From Chiloscyllium plagiosum (Eukaryota), in NCBI RefSeq assembly GCF_004010195.1, contig NC_057719.1:23377217-23441216 (forward strand): a stretch of 64,000 nucleotides of DNA, in the 5' to 3' direction. The position numbers were made by a program, and so were the translations under genes. Below the pieces are notes generated by a model. The model did not search any database and was not told the DNA's origin. It saw only the letters and a list, made by a program, of their open reading frames with translations. This document shows, piece after piece, positions 25,130-39,480 of the stretch (within the stretch, counting starts at the first letter, position 1; every line of letters begins with the position of its first letter).

Positions 25130-25221
25130 ATAATTAAAATTATAGACTACATACAAGGAGATCATTCAGCTCATTGTGCCCATGCCAGTTCTCTTGAAGA
25201 GAACACTCAACTGTTCTCACT

Positions 25222-27560
25222 TAGAACATAAAACATTACAGCGCAGTACAGGCCCTTCGGCCCTTGATGTTGCATCGGCCTGTCATACCAATCTGAAGCC
25301 CATCTAACCTATATTATTCCATGTACGTCCATGTGCTTATCCAATGATGACTTAAATGTACTTAAAGTTGGTGAATCTACTACCGTTGCAGGCAAAGTAT
25401 TCCATACCCTTACTACTCTCTGAGGAAAGAAACTATCTCTGACATCTGTCCTATATCTATCACCCCTCAATTTAAAGCTATGCGCCCTCATGCTCACCGT
25501 CACCATTCTTGAAAAAAGGCTCTCCCTGTCCACCCTATCTAACCCTCTGATTATCTTATATGTCTCTATTAAGTCACCTCTCAACCTTCTTCTCTCTAAC
25601 GAAAACAGCCTCAAGTCCCTCAGCCTTTCCTCATAAGACCTTCCCTCCATACCAGGCAACATCCTAATAGATCTCCTCTGCACCCTTTCCAAAGCTTCCA
25701 CATTCTTCTTATAATGTGGTGACCAGAACTGTCCACAATACTCCAAGTGCGGCCGCACCAGAGTTTTGTACAGCTGCAGCATAACCTCATGGTTCCGGAA
25801 CTCGATCCTTCTATTAATAAAAGCTAAAACACTGTATGCCTTTTTAACAACCCTGTCAACCTGGGTGGCAACTTTCAAGGATCTGTGTACCTGGACACCA
25901 AGATCTCTCTGCTCATCTACACTACCAAGAATCTTACCATTAGCCCAGTACTTTGCATTCCGGTTATTCCGACCAAAGTGAATCACCTCACACTTGTCCG
26001 CATTAAACTCCATTTGCCATCTCTCAGCCCAGCTCTGCAGCTTATCTATGCCTCCCTGTAACCTACAACATCCTTCCTCACTACCCACAACTCCACTGAC
26101 GTAAGTGTTGTCTGCAAATTTACTAACCCACCCTTCTACGCCCTCATCCAGGTCGTTTATAAAAATGACGAACAGCAGTGGACCCAACACTGACCCTTGC
26201 GGTACACCACTAGAAACTGGACTCCAGGATGAACATTTCCCATCAACCACCACCCTATGTCTTCTTTCAGCAAGCCAATTACTGATCCAAACTGCTATAT
26301 CTCCCACAATCCCATTCCTCCGCATTTTGTACAATAGCCTACTATGTGGAACCTTATCGAACGCCTTGCTGAAATCCATATACACCACATCAACCAGTTT
26401 ACTCTCATCTCCCTGTTTGGTCACCTTCTCAAAGAACTCAGTAAGGTTTGTGAGGTACGACCTACCCTTCACAAAACCATGCTGACTATCCCAAATCAAA
26501 TTATTATTTTCTAGATGATTATAAATCCTATCTCTTATAACCTTTTCCAACAATTTACCAACAACTGAAGTAAGGCTCACTGGTCTATAATTACCAGGAT
26601 TGTCTCTACTCCCATTCTTGAACAGGGGCACCACATTTGCTATCCTCCAGTCTTCTGGCACTATTCCTGTAGACAATGACGATTTAAAGATCAATTCCAA
26701 AGGCTCGGCAATCTCCTCCCTGGCTTCCCAGAGGATCCTAGGATAAATCCCATCCGGCCCAGGGGACTTATCTATTTTCATACTCTGCAGAATTTCTAAT
26801 ATCTCTTCCTTGTGAACCTCAATCCCACCTAGTCTAGTAGCCTGTATCTCAGTATTCTCCTCGACAACATTGTCGTTTTCTAGAGTGAATACTGTCGAAA
26901 AATATTCATTTAGTGCTCCACACACAACTTCCCACTACTATCCTTGATTGGCCCTAATCTTACTCTCGTCATTCTTTTATTCCTTAAATACCTATAAAAA
27001 GCCTTCGGGTTTACCCTGATCCTATCCGCCAACAACTTCTCATGTCTCCTCCTGGCTCTTCTGAGCTCTCTTTTTAGGTCTTTCCTGGCTACCTGGTAAC
27101 CCTCAAGCACCCTAACTAAGCCTTCACATTTCATCCTAACATAAGCCTACTTCTTCCTCTTGACCAGAGATTCCACTTCCTTCGTAAACCAAGGCTCCCG
27201 CATCAACAGTTTCCTCTCTGCCTGACAGGTACATACTTATCTCGGACACACAGGAGCTTTTCCTTGAATAAGCTCCACATTTCTAATGTGCCCATCCCCC
27301 TGCAGTTTCCTTCTCCATCCTGTGCTAAATCTTGCCTAATCGCATAATAATTGCCTTTCCTCCAGCTGTAACTCTTGCCCAGTGGTATACACCTATCCCT
27401 TTCTATCACTAAATTAAACATTACAGAATTGTGATCGCTATCACCAAAGTGCCCACCTACTTCCAAGTCTAACACCTGGCTGGGCTCATTACTCAGTATC
27501 AAATCTAATGTGGCTTCGCCCCTTGTTGGCCTGTCCAAGTACTGTGTCAGGAAGCCCTCC
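25222..27560 (-). mobile_element. CR1 LINE with a long open RT frame (25309..26925) and disrupted endonuclease part
   Basis: 538 aa [41 protein letters not shown]; upstream TRGEATLDLIL, GDSDHN; tail at 25222. Confidence 0.95.
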
Positions 27561-27952
27561 TTGATACTTCCTTGTCTTTTCCCTGTAGCCCTGCAATCTG
27601 TTTCCCTTCAAATACTTTTCCATTCCCTTTGAAAAGTGCAACTGACTAGACATCCACCACACTGTCAGACAGTGCATTCCAAATCCAAACTACTTGCTGT
27701 ATTAAAGTATTTTTCTCATGTCACCATTAGTTATTTTGTTGTTAACTCAGGATCCTCCTGCTTTCAATTCTTTCACAAAGGGTATGGTTTCTCTCTGTTT
27801 AATCTGTCTGGACCACTTTGAACATGTTTACCAAATCTTTTCTCAACATTTTCTTCTACATGGAGAACAACCACAGCTTCTCCAATTCATTCTTATAACT
27901 GAAGCCTCTCATCCCTGGAGCCATTATCGTAAATCCTTTCTTCAACCTCCTT
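27560..27952 (-). mobile_element. Older CR1 3' remnant, apparently interrupted by the 25222-27560 copy (continues at ~25145-25220)
   Basis: Degenerate CR1 C-terminus (ORF 27489..27677 CLTVWW..MEKYLKG). Confidence 0.5.
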
Positions 27953-30900
27953 AAGTATACTTATTATTCAGAAACATCTCAATACAATGATCACTTGGAA
28001 TGAACACAACCATTTCCTATCTCATGGGTCTCGACAGAGTATATGGGAGAGAGATTGTTCCCTTTGACAGAAGGTCCAAGAATAAAAGGAAAACATTTAA
28101 ACTGATTGATGAAGAAACCAAATTCAATGTGAGAAAATGTTTTTACTTTGTTCTGAATGGTTAGGATCTCACTATCTGAAAAGGTCCCAGCAGTATATTC
28201 ATGAGCTTTCTCAAACGAAAATTGGATAAGCACCTAAAGGAAAATTTTTGGCAAGGAAATGAAGAACGAGCAGGAGTTGGATGAGCTACATTGCTCTTGT
28301 AGAAAGCCTGCGTTCATGGTTAAATGATTTCATTCCATTCTACTCTGTTAGTCTGAATCACTTTAGTTAACAAATTATGCACATTCTTGGAATATTTTCA
28401 CATTTAGAATTAAAAGTCAAATTATCTGGCAATGAATAAGGAAATCCCTTTCTTTTTCTGGGGTGACAGAACAAAAATATTCAGTTGCTACATTAATCAG
28501 TGATTAAATGCATCATACGCTTTTTATGAGTGCGCCATTTTGTTCTTTTTTTAATCGATACACCCAGCACTGAATTAAACTGCATTAGACAATATGACAG
28601 CAGCAGCAACTTGACAGTTAATGTGACATAAAGTTCAAAACAAACTGAAAACATTGATGAGTATACTTTTGTTGATGGAATTACAATGAAGATCAGCAGA
28701 AACAGTGCATTCGATGATACTTGTATGCTATCTCACTGATTGTTAGTATTTATCTTTCTATCAGCTAAGTAAGGTACTAACAGCAATCATCAAAGAAGCA
28801 CAATAAATGTAATTTGCTATCAGCAGGGCTCATCAACAGTATTTGGGCCAAGGATCAAGATTGATTTCATAATAAGCTCTGGATGTCTGGCAGTTCTGTC
28901 TGATCAGTTTTGCACTCAGAAGGTGTTACTTAACTTTTGCAACTGCTGGCAGTATCATCACTGAATTGAATTGATTCTCCCCTGTGAAGCAAATTAAATG
29001 CTTAAAAAGAACAGGAAATGGCTTTTCTTTCCCCCTGAACGTGAACTGTGTTGCTAACTGGTAAAGGTGGCACTGAAGGAATTAATGTTGCTCAGTCCAA
29101 TAAAGCTGAAATTAAAGGGAGCAACAAATAGGTACCAACTGAGCTGAGGAGAGGGTTGGATGAATTACTCGCATTAGGTTTTGAGTCTTTATTTTTGAAA
29201 AGTAAAAAATTAAAACAGTCGAAAGAATCAAAAGCTGAATTTGTTGATGCAACAAAATAAAAATAACTTGAATTTACATAGCACCCTTAATGTTATATAA
29301 TGTGCTAAGGTGCGTCATTGCAGAACTATGAAACAAAATTTGACCTTGAGTCACATTAGCTGATATTTGGGCTGATGCCTAAAGGCTTGTTCAAATAAAT
29401 GAGGTTGAAAGGCCATCTTAAAGTGGAAAAAGAGATGCGTTGAGGATATATTTAGAGAGGAAATCCTAGCACTTAAGACCTAGGTAGTGAAATGGCACCT
29501 TTTATAGAAAGGCAAGATGAGAGGTTTGTCAAGGCCTATGTTGTTGAGATGGCTGTCTTTCAAGAAAAAGATGACAGCAAAATCATGCCAGTTGGAATCC
29601 ATCCAGAATTGATTGAACATTACGTCAGAGAGTGCTCCATCTTTGAAAACTCATCAATCAGAATAAACTGGCACCAATGTCGATCACTTGTCCAGATCCA
29701 TTCCTTTGAAGTAAATTATTTTGATTGGTAAATAAGACAAGTTCTACTTGTTATGAAGATATGATTTCTGAAATATGCAGTCATAATATAATCAGCTTGT
29801 GGTGCAACAGGGGGAGGGTGTTCTGAAATCCATATTACTGGTTCCTGGAAAAGAGAATTCAACCAGACAAAACTGATCAAAGGAACCCCAGTGCCAAGAG
29901 ATTGGGTGGAAAGTGACAGTGGCTGCAGCCCAGTACTTGGATAGCAAGTGGGATAACAAGAAATCCATCATTTCATCGGTTTCATGGAGGGTTTCTCCCT
30001 TTATGGACTATCAAATTTTCTCAACCTAGTCTGAAATTTGCTCCATGTATTAACTGCAACACCCCTCTGGTAACCTCCTTATCTAAGCCTGCTAGGTTAT
30101 CCCTGTTGTTGTAACCATCTTTAAACTCCAGCCATGCACCCAGTCAAGCCTGGTCAGTGCGGAGTTATCCTTCACAATGCATGTAGTGGGTCTGTATCCA
30201 CAAACCACAGCCTTTCAGAGCACATGGGTGGCCTGGATGAAACCTTATTGCATATACAACTGCACATTCCTACACTATTGCTGATCCAGTATAAAGGCAC
30301 ACAGTTTATGTGTCCTTAGTCACATCCAATCTGACATTCCTCTCTAAGCCACTGCGACTTATTCCAAATGCACCCTGTAACCCAGCATTTTATTTTTGCT
30401 CAAGGTGGGACTATACGTACAAACCAGTCTTTTTTTTTTATTCACCACTACCAAAAGTGAACAGAAATCAAATAAACAGAATCTGCATTTGCCTCTCAGA
30501 CTAGAAAAGACTTCTTGTCTTTTGAGCACAGACAATTTTACAGTCAATGAATAATCATTGCACACAGCACTTATTCGCTGAACCAACTGTTAATTAAATC
30601 CTGACTGGCTTGCTGTTCTGAGCCCTGTTGCATTCCTTCATGCAGAAGATGATGTTCCTCCTGCTCAATGTCCTCATCTTCCTTCTTGGAAGACTACTCC
30701 TGCTATCCCAGCTTGTCAGTCTTTAAGACATTTCCTCTTTGCCGACTCCAGTTGTGCAGAGAGCAAAACCCCATTTTCAGCAGGCCAATCATCTACTTCA
30801 CCATGGCCCTGGTGGAAGAATAGGCTATGTATGTATCAACTCGCCACCTTATTTTGGGAGTTGCATAGTCGGTTCATCAGCCATGGTCATAGTGGGTAAC

Positions 30901-31221
30901 CCTAGACCCCAGTAACCATCCTTGCACATCATCTTGGCCCTCAAACATAGTAGGACAATGAGCCCCCTAGGGATATCAGCATCATGGTATCACCAAGGTT
31001 TCTCACACAGACTTCCTAGATGCGGTTGCCAAAGGGTCATATATGGACACAATCTTGGAATAGAATTCATCTATTGATGAATTCATATAGCCCTCTCAAC
31101 GTGATGTGTGTGCAATCTACAGTGCCTTGCACCAAAGGAAAGACATCTATATTGCCAAAGCCTACTGCTCCTGTTGTAGCCCTACAGCACAAGTGGCATT
31201 GGTAACAGCCTCGATACATTT

Positions 31222-32400
31222 ATAGAGTTAGAGAGTCATAGAGATGTACAGCATGGAAACAGACCTTTCCATCCAACACATCTATGCTGACCAGATATCC
31301 CAACCTAATCTAGTCCCACTTGGCCCATGCCCATCTAAACCTTTCCTATTCATATACCCATCCAAATGCCTTTTAACTGTTGCAATTGTACCAGCCTCCA
31401 CTACTTCCTCTGGCAGCTCATTCCAAACACGCCCCACCCTCTGCATGAAAACGTTTGCCCCTCAGTTCTCTTTAATATCTTTCCCATCTCACCCTAAGCC
31501 TTAGCCCTCTAGTTATGGACTCCCCCACCCAAGAGAAAAGACTTTGCCAATTTACCCTATCCATGCCCTTCAGAGTTTTATAAACGTCTATGAGGTTACC
31601 CCTCAGCCTTCAATGCTCCAGGGAAAACAGCCCCAGCCTATTCGACCTTTCCCTATTGCTCATATCCTCCAAATCTGGCAACATTCTTGTAAATCTCTTC
31701 TAAACCCTTTCAAGTTTCACAATATCTTTCCAATAAGAAGGAGACCAGAATTGCACGCAATATTCCAAAAGTGGCCAAATCAATGTCCTGTACAGCCACA
31801 ACATGATCTTCCAACTCTTATACTCAATGCTCTGACCAATAAAGGAAAGCATACCAAATGCCATCTTCACTATACTATCTACCTGTGACTCTACTTTCAA
31901 CGAACTGTGAAACTGCACTCCAAGATCTCTCTGTTTAGCAACATTCCCCAGGACATTACCGTTAAGTGTATAAGTCCTACTAAAGTTTGCTTTCCCAAAA
32001 TGCAGCACCTCGCATTTATCTAAATTAAACTCCATCTGCTACTCCTTAGCCCATTGGCCCATCTGATCAAGATCCCATCGAAATCTGAGGTAACCTTCTT
32101 CTCTGTCCACTACACCTCCAATTTTTGTGTTATCTGCAAACTTATTAACCAAACCTCCTGTGTTCATATCCAAATCATTTATATAAATGACAAAAAGTAG
32201 TGGACCCAGCACCAATCCTTGTGGCACTCCACTGGTCACAGGCCTCCAGTCTGGAAAACAACTCTCCACCACCACCCTCTGTCTTCTACCTTCGAGCCAG
32301 TTCTGTATCCAAATGGCTAGTTCTCCCTGTATTCCATGAGATCTAACCTTGCTAACCAATCTCCCATGGGGAACCTTGTCGAATGCCATACTGAAATCAC
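31222..32400 (-). mobile_element. CR1 LINE fragment
   Basis: ORFs 31700..32035 and 32039..32404 (AFDKVPH, GVPQG); tail TAGAGTCATAGAG. Confidence 0.92.
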
Positions 32401-32854
32401 ACACAGGTCCCTAGTGACTCCTTGGAAGGAGCCAGTTGAAAAATGTTCAATTTGGTTGTCATTCTGATGGCCACTGGGAAAGGACTGTCACCCACTACTT
32501 CAGATGGCAGAACACACTCCAGCAGCTGGCATTGTTCAATGGTGTAAAAGACTGAACTCTCTTCCCTATACCTCCTGGACATCTTGAGAGGACCTCCAGA
32601 TGTAGCCTTTTCATGTTGAGGTTGTTTGGCAACTCCTGGATGTAGCTGCTGGTTCTGGGCTTGCTGACCTATCCTCCTCCATTTCACTTGACCTTTGTTG
32701 CAATGCAGCAACAATAATGGAAACCCCTGTTGTGGATGGATTCATCACTCACATGGTAAATGAGCCTGGGGCACATAAGAAACAGAACAGGTCTTTAGTA
32801 ATGTGGGCAGTCAGTATGAGTGTCAATGATTAATAACAATAACATTAGCACTGA

Positions 32855-33050
32855 TAACTCACAATACCAGGGATCCAGGTTCAAATCCAGCCTTGGGTGA
32901 CTGTGTGTGGAGTTTGCACATTCTCCCTGTGTCTGCATGGGTTTCCTCTGGATCCTCTGGTTTCCTCCCACAATCCAAAGATGTCTAGGTTAGGTGGATT
33001 AACCATGGTGAATGCGGGGTTGAGGGGAGCTGTTATCTGGGTGGGATGCC
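32855..33050 (+). mobile_element. HE1-like V-SINE fragment
   Basis: GGTTCAAATCC B box followed by TGTGTGGAGTTTGCACATTCTCCC. Confidence 0.75.
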
Positions 33051-36000
33051 AGGATTGATGCAAATACTTCTTGAAGAGTCTCCAGTCCATCAGAAGTAAA
33101 GCTCACATGTTGGGACAGGAAACAGACACTGACTCAGCTGATTACAGCTATTTCCCACTTGTAGTTTGCATTTAGGAGTCAAGAAAATGTAGAAGGTAGA
33201 GCAGGACATAGTTGGCACCATGAATAATGCACTTAGCCTTATAATCCAAGACTGTTGCAAACCAGCCACTAAACCTCCATGACTATACCTACCTAGTATG
33301 CTGTGAACAGTCCAGCACTACGGATTCCACACATGTTCCAACACACCCCCTGCACAACCGCAAATCTTGTGGTTACTCCCTGAACCTGGTCCCTAAAGTT
33401 TACTCATGCCCACTCTTTTGTGACACACACTCCCCCATCAAGGCCAATGTGTTGGTGACTCCTACATTGTTTTCCACTAGGAGACCTCCCACACCATCCC
33501 ATTTGGCACCACACACCCACATTGGAGAGTCAGGGACTATCATGAATCGGCAATTCATCTGAGTCTCCCAAGGCTCTGCTGCAAAAGCGCCACCAAGATA
33601 GTCTAGTCTGTTGCAGTGACTTCCAGAGTGAAAGGGGGCTCTCCATCTGGCACCTGTACAGCCTGAGACTTGGCCAGGTATTGCCTTAGTTTAGAAACAA
33701 CTTGGTCCGCAATCACAGGGCATTCTGTTTCAGGAGGTCAGACAGTGGAGAGGCTTTGGTAGTAAAACCATCAATGTGGTTTCAACAATATCCCACTCAT
33801 CCTATCAAAGACTCAAAGGGACATCACATTCCTTCAGAGGGATAATTGTAATATTTACAACGGTAATTGTAACAATGACTTGAAACGCATTTCCTCTCAA
33901 TATCTTACTTACCATGAACTTCTACAGTTTCTAAACACATGACTTAAGGCTTTATTCTTGAGCTTTATTAGGATTAACCTTCAGTTTTAGGGAAGTGAGA
34001 CAGGCTGACAGTTCACTAAGGAGTTGGAGCTGTTCTTCCTTAATGTTAGTCTGAAGGAGCAGATCATCTACATATTGGATCAGCTATTCAGGCCATGAGA
34101 AATTATCAAGCTCTTTCATCAGTTGCTGGTGAAAAATCAAAGGGGGATTGTGGAAGCTTTGATGTAAACAGTTTTACATGTAATGTTGGCCGTGGAAGCT
34201 AAAAAAGCTGACTTCTGGAGTTCATCCTCACTTACTGACTGATTTAGTTTTTAACTGCTGCTAATTATCCATTCCGCCAGTAAAATAACTGGTGTAATGA
34301 TTCAATTACTGGTCAATTACTGCTGCTCCTTTAATCAGTTAATTCCTGGCTATCACATGGGGCATTTGTCTTCTTACATCAGACTCAGGCTGAGGAATTG
34401 AGATGTATGAAGTTTTGGTGGTCCAAATCCTGGAGTGACTTCAGTGACTCACCCACTTGGGACACAGGAGACAACTGGTAGCGGATTGGGCTTCACAATG
34501 ATACCTATTTGTAGGGAACATATGCATGGCCTCCTTCCGGTACAACCTCCAGCATGCAGATCAACAGCAGCAGGCATTTGCTCTGTATGTCCCCTTGTGC
34601 TGGTTCCCATCAAACCGAAACGCACCTTGCTCATTTGGAGGAAGATTGCATATTTTTCATATCCACACAGTGCAGATCCTGGATCCACTTTTCTAACAGT
34701 TCTATGTGTGCACCTTGAACTAGTGAAATGTATAAGCTGCAATCTCTGTGGACTCTTTCCACTGGTAAGGGCAGGGAAAAGGGAAACATCTTGTCCTGGC
34801 TTATCAATGAGTTTCTAAACTCATGAAATAATAAAGTTTGAGAGGCAATTGGCCATGCGGGGAATGTATCACTGAACTGTAGGGCCTTTTTTTTTTGTTC
34901 TGAGACTTTTTGCATTGTTTTTAGGAACAGGCAGCCACTGCTGAGATTCAAAGTAGGGCGTGACTTTCAGTGATGCTGCTGGCTTACTGTCAAGTTCTGT
35001 ATAAAAATGGGACATGGACCTTCCTAGCTTGTGAGATTACAGTGGAGTCGCCAATTTCCTAATTCCTCCTGCTGCACCACTGGCCAGCTCCCAAGCCTCT
35101 GCGTTATCTAATTGGTGGGTTGCCATGTAATTGGGCATGGTCCATCTTTCCACAAGCAAGTGTAATGCCTGCAAAATTTCAAATCTGTCATCAAGACAGT
35201 ACATTTCCCCCTGGAGCAGAGTTCCACCCATTATATTTGAATTTTCAACTTGGAGAGAACTTTAAAACTTGTGGCAAATTACTGGAGAAAGAAAGGATGT
35301 GGATATCAAATGTTAGTCTTTGTTTATACTAACATCTACTTTTTCAAGAAAATTAGGAAACAGGAAGGCATAGTCAGAAACAAATGATTCTATCTGCAGT
35401 CGTTCATTTTTAATTCGAATAATCACTAGTAACTCTCGATGTTATTTAAGTTAACTTATTTTGAAGTTCATATGATAGACACAAATATCTTTGAAGGGGG
35501 CATAGGAATATAAAATGCTAAATCGTGTAGCGATTAGCAATTGTTTTGCACTTCGATCTTTGCTTCCATAAATCATGTCAATAAATGTGGTTATTTCTCT
35601 GTTGTTGTCTCTGTTGATAATGTTTCAACCTTGTGTGCAAATCTTTCACACTGATTCTGAACAATGCATACCAATTTTTTTCGAAGTGTTTCATTAATTT
35701 TACAACATACATGCAAGTAATTCCTTTGATTGTAACTTACTGACAACTTTGTATTCTATGGAATTTAATAAACAATAGCAACAAGCTTTCACTGTTTTGT
35801 ACTCTTACATTGTGGACTATTTAGATACATAGAATTCAATAGATATTTACATGTGCCACATACCTCATGTGTGATAGGCAGAACACGCTATTGCTTGATG
35901 GCAACACCCTGTTAGTGGCAAACATCATTAATGTTGCTATTGTAAACCAGCTGGATAAATTCTTTGTTGTTGAAACTTTTGAGATACAAATCTGAGGTAG

Positions 36001-36088
36001 ATGGGGCACTTTTCAATGCATGTTTGTATGATGTACAACAATAAATGATCTAATCAGATTTGTCATGATCTTGCAGGAAGGTTTTCGT

Positions 36089-36472
36089 AGAATCCTTACA
36101 GTGTGGAAGCAGGCCATTTGACCCATCGAGTCACACCGACCCTCCTAAGACCATCCCACCCAGAAGGAGACCCGCCTCCACCCGCTTCCCCACCACCCCC
36201 CCCCCCCCACCCCCACCCCAGAGCCCTGCATTTACTATGACTAACCAACCTAACCTGCAAATCTCTGGACACCATGGGCAATTTAACATGGCCAATCCCC
36301 CTAACTCGCACATCTTTGAAATATGGGAGGAAACAGGATCACTGGAGGAAACCAATGCAGACATGGGAAAATTTTGCAAACTCTACACAGACAGTCATCT
36401 GAGGGTGGAAGCAAACCCAGGTCACTGGTGCTGTGAGGCAGCAGTGCCAACCACTAAGCCACTGTGGCACCC
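36089..36472 (-). mobile_element. HE1-like V-SINE
   Basis: Reverse-complement head (CCACTAAGCCACTGTGGCACCC), V domain and tail (TACAGTGTGGAAGCAGGCC). Confidence 0.82.
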
Positions 36473-37925
36473 ATGCCATATTGATGCACTGTATCTCAAC
36501 ACCAAACTGAACAAATGTGTCAGTTTCTATGTATGATGTTGCTGTTTAGTCCAATCTTAGATCACTTGGAAGTTTCGAGGTTTCAGTATATATATATCGA
36601 TCACTTTATATCATGCATTTCTCAAGTATATAATTAATAGTTAACTTGAAGTAAGCAAAAGAACAGTTTAATGTTGTAAATTGTTTTCCTGGAACCCATT
36701 TCAAGTTTTATTTCTGGCTAATGACAGAAGCATCCAGTCCGTGGGAGGCACATGGATAGACAATGCTTCTGCAATAGAGGATGGGAAACACATTAAAAAG
36801 TGAAACTTACAACTGTACACAGAAGCTGCATTAAGCTTGCTCAGTTCAGATGCTTGCTGAAATTTGTAAAATAATTAGTGTGTGGAAGTAAAAGAAAAGC
36901 TATTTCAGTCATGATCTAAAGATCTCTATGGTTCAACAGCTTGTTAAGAAATAAGAATGGCGAAATGAATGGCCATTATAAGCAAGTTCTTAGCAGACCT
37001 CTCAAACAGTCTTAGATAACTGAGAGTGAAATGAAAAGAAATACTGAAATTTCTTGAATTAGATTTGACTGGAATATGGAGTTTAGAGAGAGTTTGCATG
37101 TTACTGTGGATTATGTCTGCAGGAAGTGTGTTTGGTTGCAAATTCAATCAGATTGAATGGATTGATTGGAGTGGCAGTTAGAGGCAACGAGGAATCTACA
37201 AGAGCTAGAGAGTGTGATAGATGGCAGTTATGGGAAGGAAGAAAAGCCACAGATACAGTCAGGTAGATGTTACTTCCAGGAAAGGTAGGAGAGGTAGGTA
37301 GGTAGTGCAGAAGTCTTCTGTGGCTACCCCCATTTCAAATAAGTATGCTGTTTTGGAAAAGGTTGGTGATGATGGACTCTCAGGGGAATGTAGCACAAAC
37401 AGCCAAGTTTCTAGTATCGAGACAGTCAGTTAAGTAATGAGGGGTACGTCGGATTCCAAGTGATCTATTGTGATAGGGGACCCTCTAGTCAGAGGCACAG
37501 ACAGGCATTTCTGCAGCCAGCAGTGAAAAATCAGAATAGTGTGCTGCCCCCCTAGTGTCAGGATCAAGGATATCTCAAAAGGGGTACGGAATGTTCTCAA
37601 AGGGAAGAGAGACCGGCAGGAGGTCATTGTACACATTGGAACCAATGACATAGGAAGGGAAAAGGATGAGATTCTGAGGGGAGAATATAGAAAGTTAGGC
37701 AGGAATTTAAAAAGGAGGTCCTCAAGTATAGTTATATCTGGCTTACTCCCGGTGCTACAAGCTAGTGAGGATAGGAATAGGAGGATACAGCAGATGGATG
37801 CATGGCTGAGGTGCTAGTGTATGGGAGAAGGAATCACATTTTTGGATCACTGGATTCTCTTCTGGGGTCAAAGTCACCTGTACAAGAAGGACAATTGCAC
37901 CTGAATTGGAAGGGGACTAATATAC

Positions 37926-39480
37926 AGAAGTGGGAAGTTGAGTGTGGACCCTGTGGAGATTGAAGAGGTGCTAAATGAACATTTCTCACCAGTTTTCATT
38001 CAGGAAAAGGAGAATATTGTAGAGGAGAAGAATGAGGTATGAGATATTAGACTAGAAAGGATCGAGGTTAGTTATGAACAGGTGTTATCAATCCAAAAGG
38101 AGTGAAAGTAGACAAGCTTACTGGGCCGGATGGGATTTATCCGAGGATTCTCTGGGAAGCTAGGGAGGAGATAGCAGAGCCTTTGGCTTTGATATTTGAG
38201 TCGTCATTGTCTACAGGTTTGGTACCAGAGGACTGGAGGATTGAAAATGTTGTGCCCTTGTTCAAGAAGGACAGTAGAGATGACCCAGATAATTATAGAC
38301 CAGTGAGCCTTACTTCTGTTGTAAGAAAGGTTTTGGAAAGGATTATAAAGGATAAGATTTATAATCATCTAGCAAGTAACAATTTGATTTCAGATAGTCA
38401 ACATGGTTTCGTCAAGGGTAGGTCATGACTCACAAATCTCATTGAGATTTTTGAGAAGGTGACCAAGCATGTAGATGAGGGTAGGGGAGTTGACGTGGTA
38501 TACATGGACTTCAGTAAAGCCTTTGATAAGGTTCCACATGTTAGGCTGTTGGAGAAAATGCAGAGGCATGGAATTGAGAGTGATTTAACAGTTTGGATTA
38601 GAAACTGGCTTTCTGAAAGAAGGCAGCGAGTGGTAGTTGATGGAAAATATTCAGCCTGGAGTCTGGTCACTAGTGGTGAGCCACAAGGATCTGTTTTGGG
38701 ACCACTGCTGTTTGTCATTTTGATAAATGACTTAGACGCAGGCACAGGTGAATGGATTAGTAAATTTGCAGACGACACTAAAGTCAGTGGAGTAGTGGAC
38801 AGTGTGGAAGAATGTTACAGCTTGCAAGGGGACTTGGATAAACTGCAGAATTGGGCTGAGAGGTGGCAAATGAAGTTCAATGCAGCTAAATGTGAGGTGA
38901 TGTACTTTGGGAAGAATAACAGGAAGGAAGACTATTGGGTCAATGGAAAGATTCTTGGAATTGTGGATGTGCAGAGGGATCTTGGAGTCCATGTACATAG
39001 ATCCCTGAAAGTTGCCACCCAGGTGGATAGTGCTGTTAAGAAGGCATACGATGGGTTAGGTTTCATTCGTAGAGGGATTGAATTCCAGAGCTGCAATATC
39101 ATGCTGCAACTATACAAAACGCTGGTGCAGCCACACTTGGAATATCGTGTACAGTTCTGGTCCCCATATTTCGGGAAAGATGTGGAAGCATTGGAAAAGG
39201 TGCAGAGGAGATTTACCAGGATGTTGAACTACAAATTGAGGGGTGATAGATTTAAGTCAGATGTCAGAGACAGGTTCTTTACGCAGAGAGTGGTAAAGGC
39301 ATGGAATGCCCTACCTGCTAATGTAGTTAACTCAGCCACATTAGGGAGATTTAAACAATCCTTAGACAAGCACATGGATGATTTTGGGATAGTGTAGGGC
39401 GACGAGCTGAGAATAGTCCACAGGTCGGCACAACATCGAGGGCCGAAGGGCCTGTTCTGCACTGTATTGTTCTATGTTCT
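37926..39480 (+). mobile_element. Nested CR1 LINE of another family (5'-truncated, internal deletion near 39225)
   Basis: ORFs 38102..38428 and 38459..39397 (FADD); jumps from RRFTRML to NYKLRG; own GTTCTATGTTCT tail. Confidence 0.9.

Noticed and set aside
25309..26925. 538 aa ORF as an active or domesticated RT gene
   Set aside because: Catalytic FADD reads FADN, the upstream endonuclease is frameshifted and the 5' end is missing; a young dead CR1 copy
34435..34951. Overlapping ~100-127 aa ORFs in unique sequence
   Set aside because: No recognisable motifs or consistent splice structure
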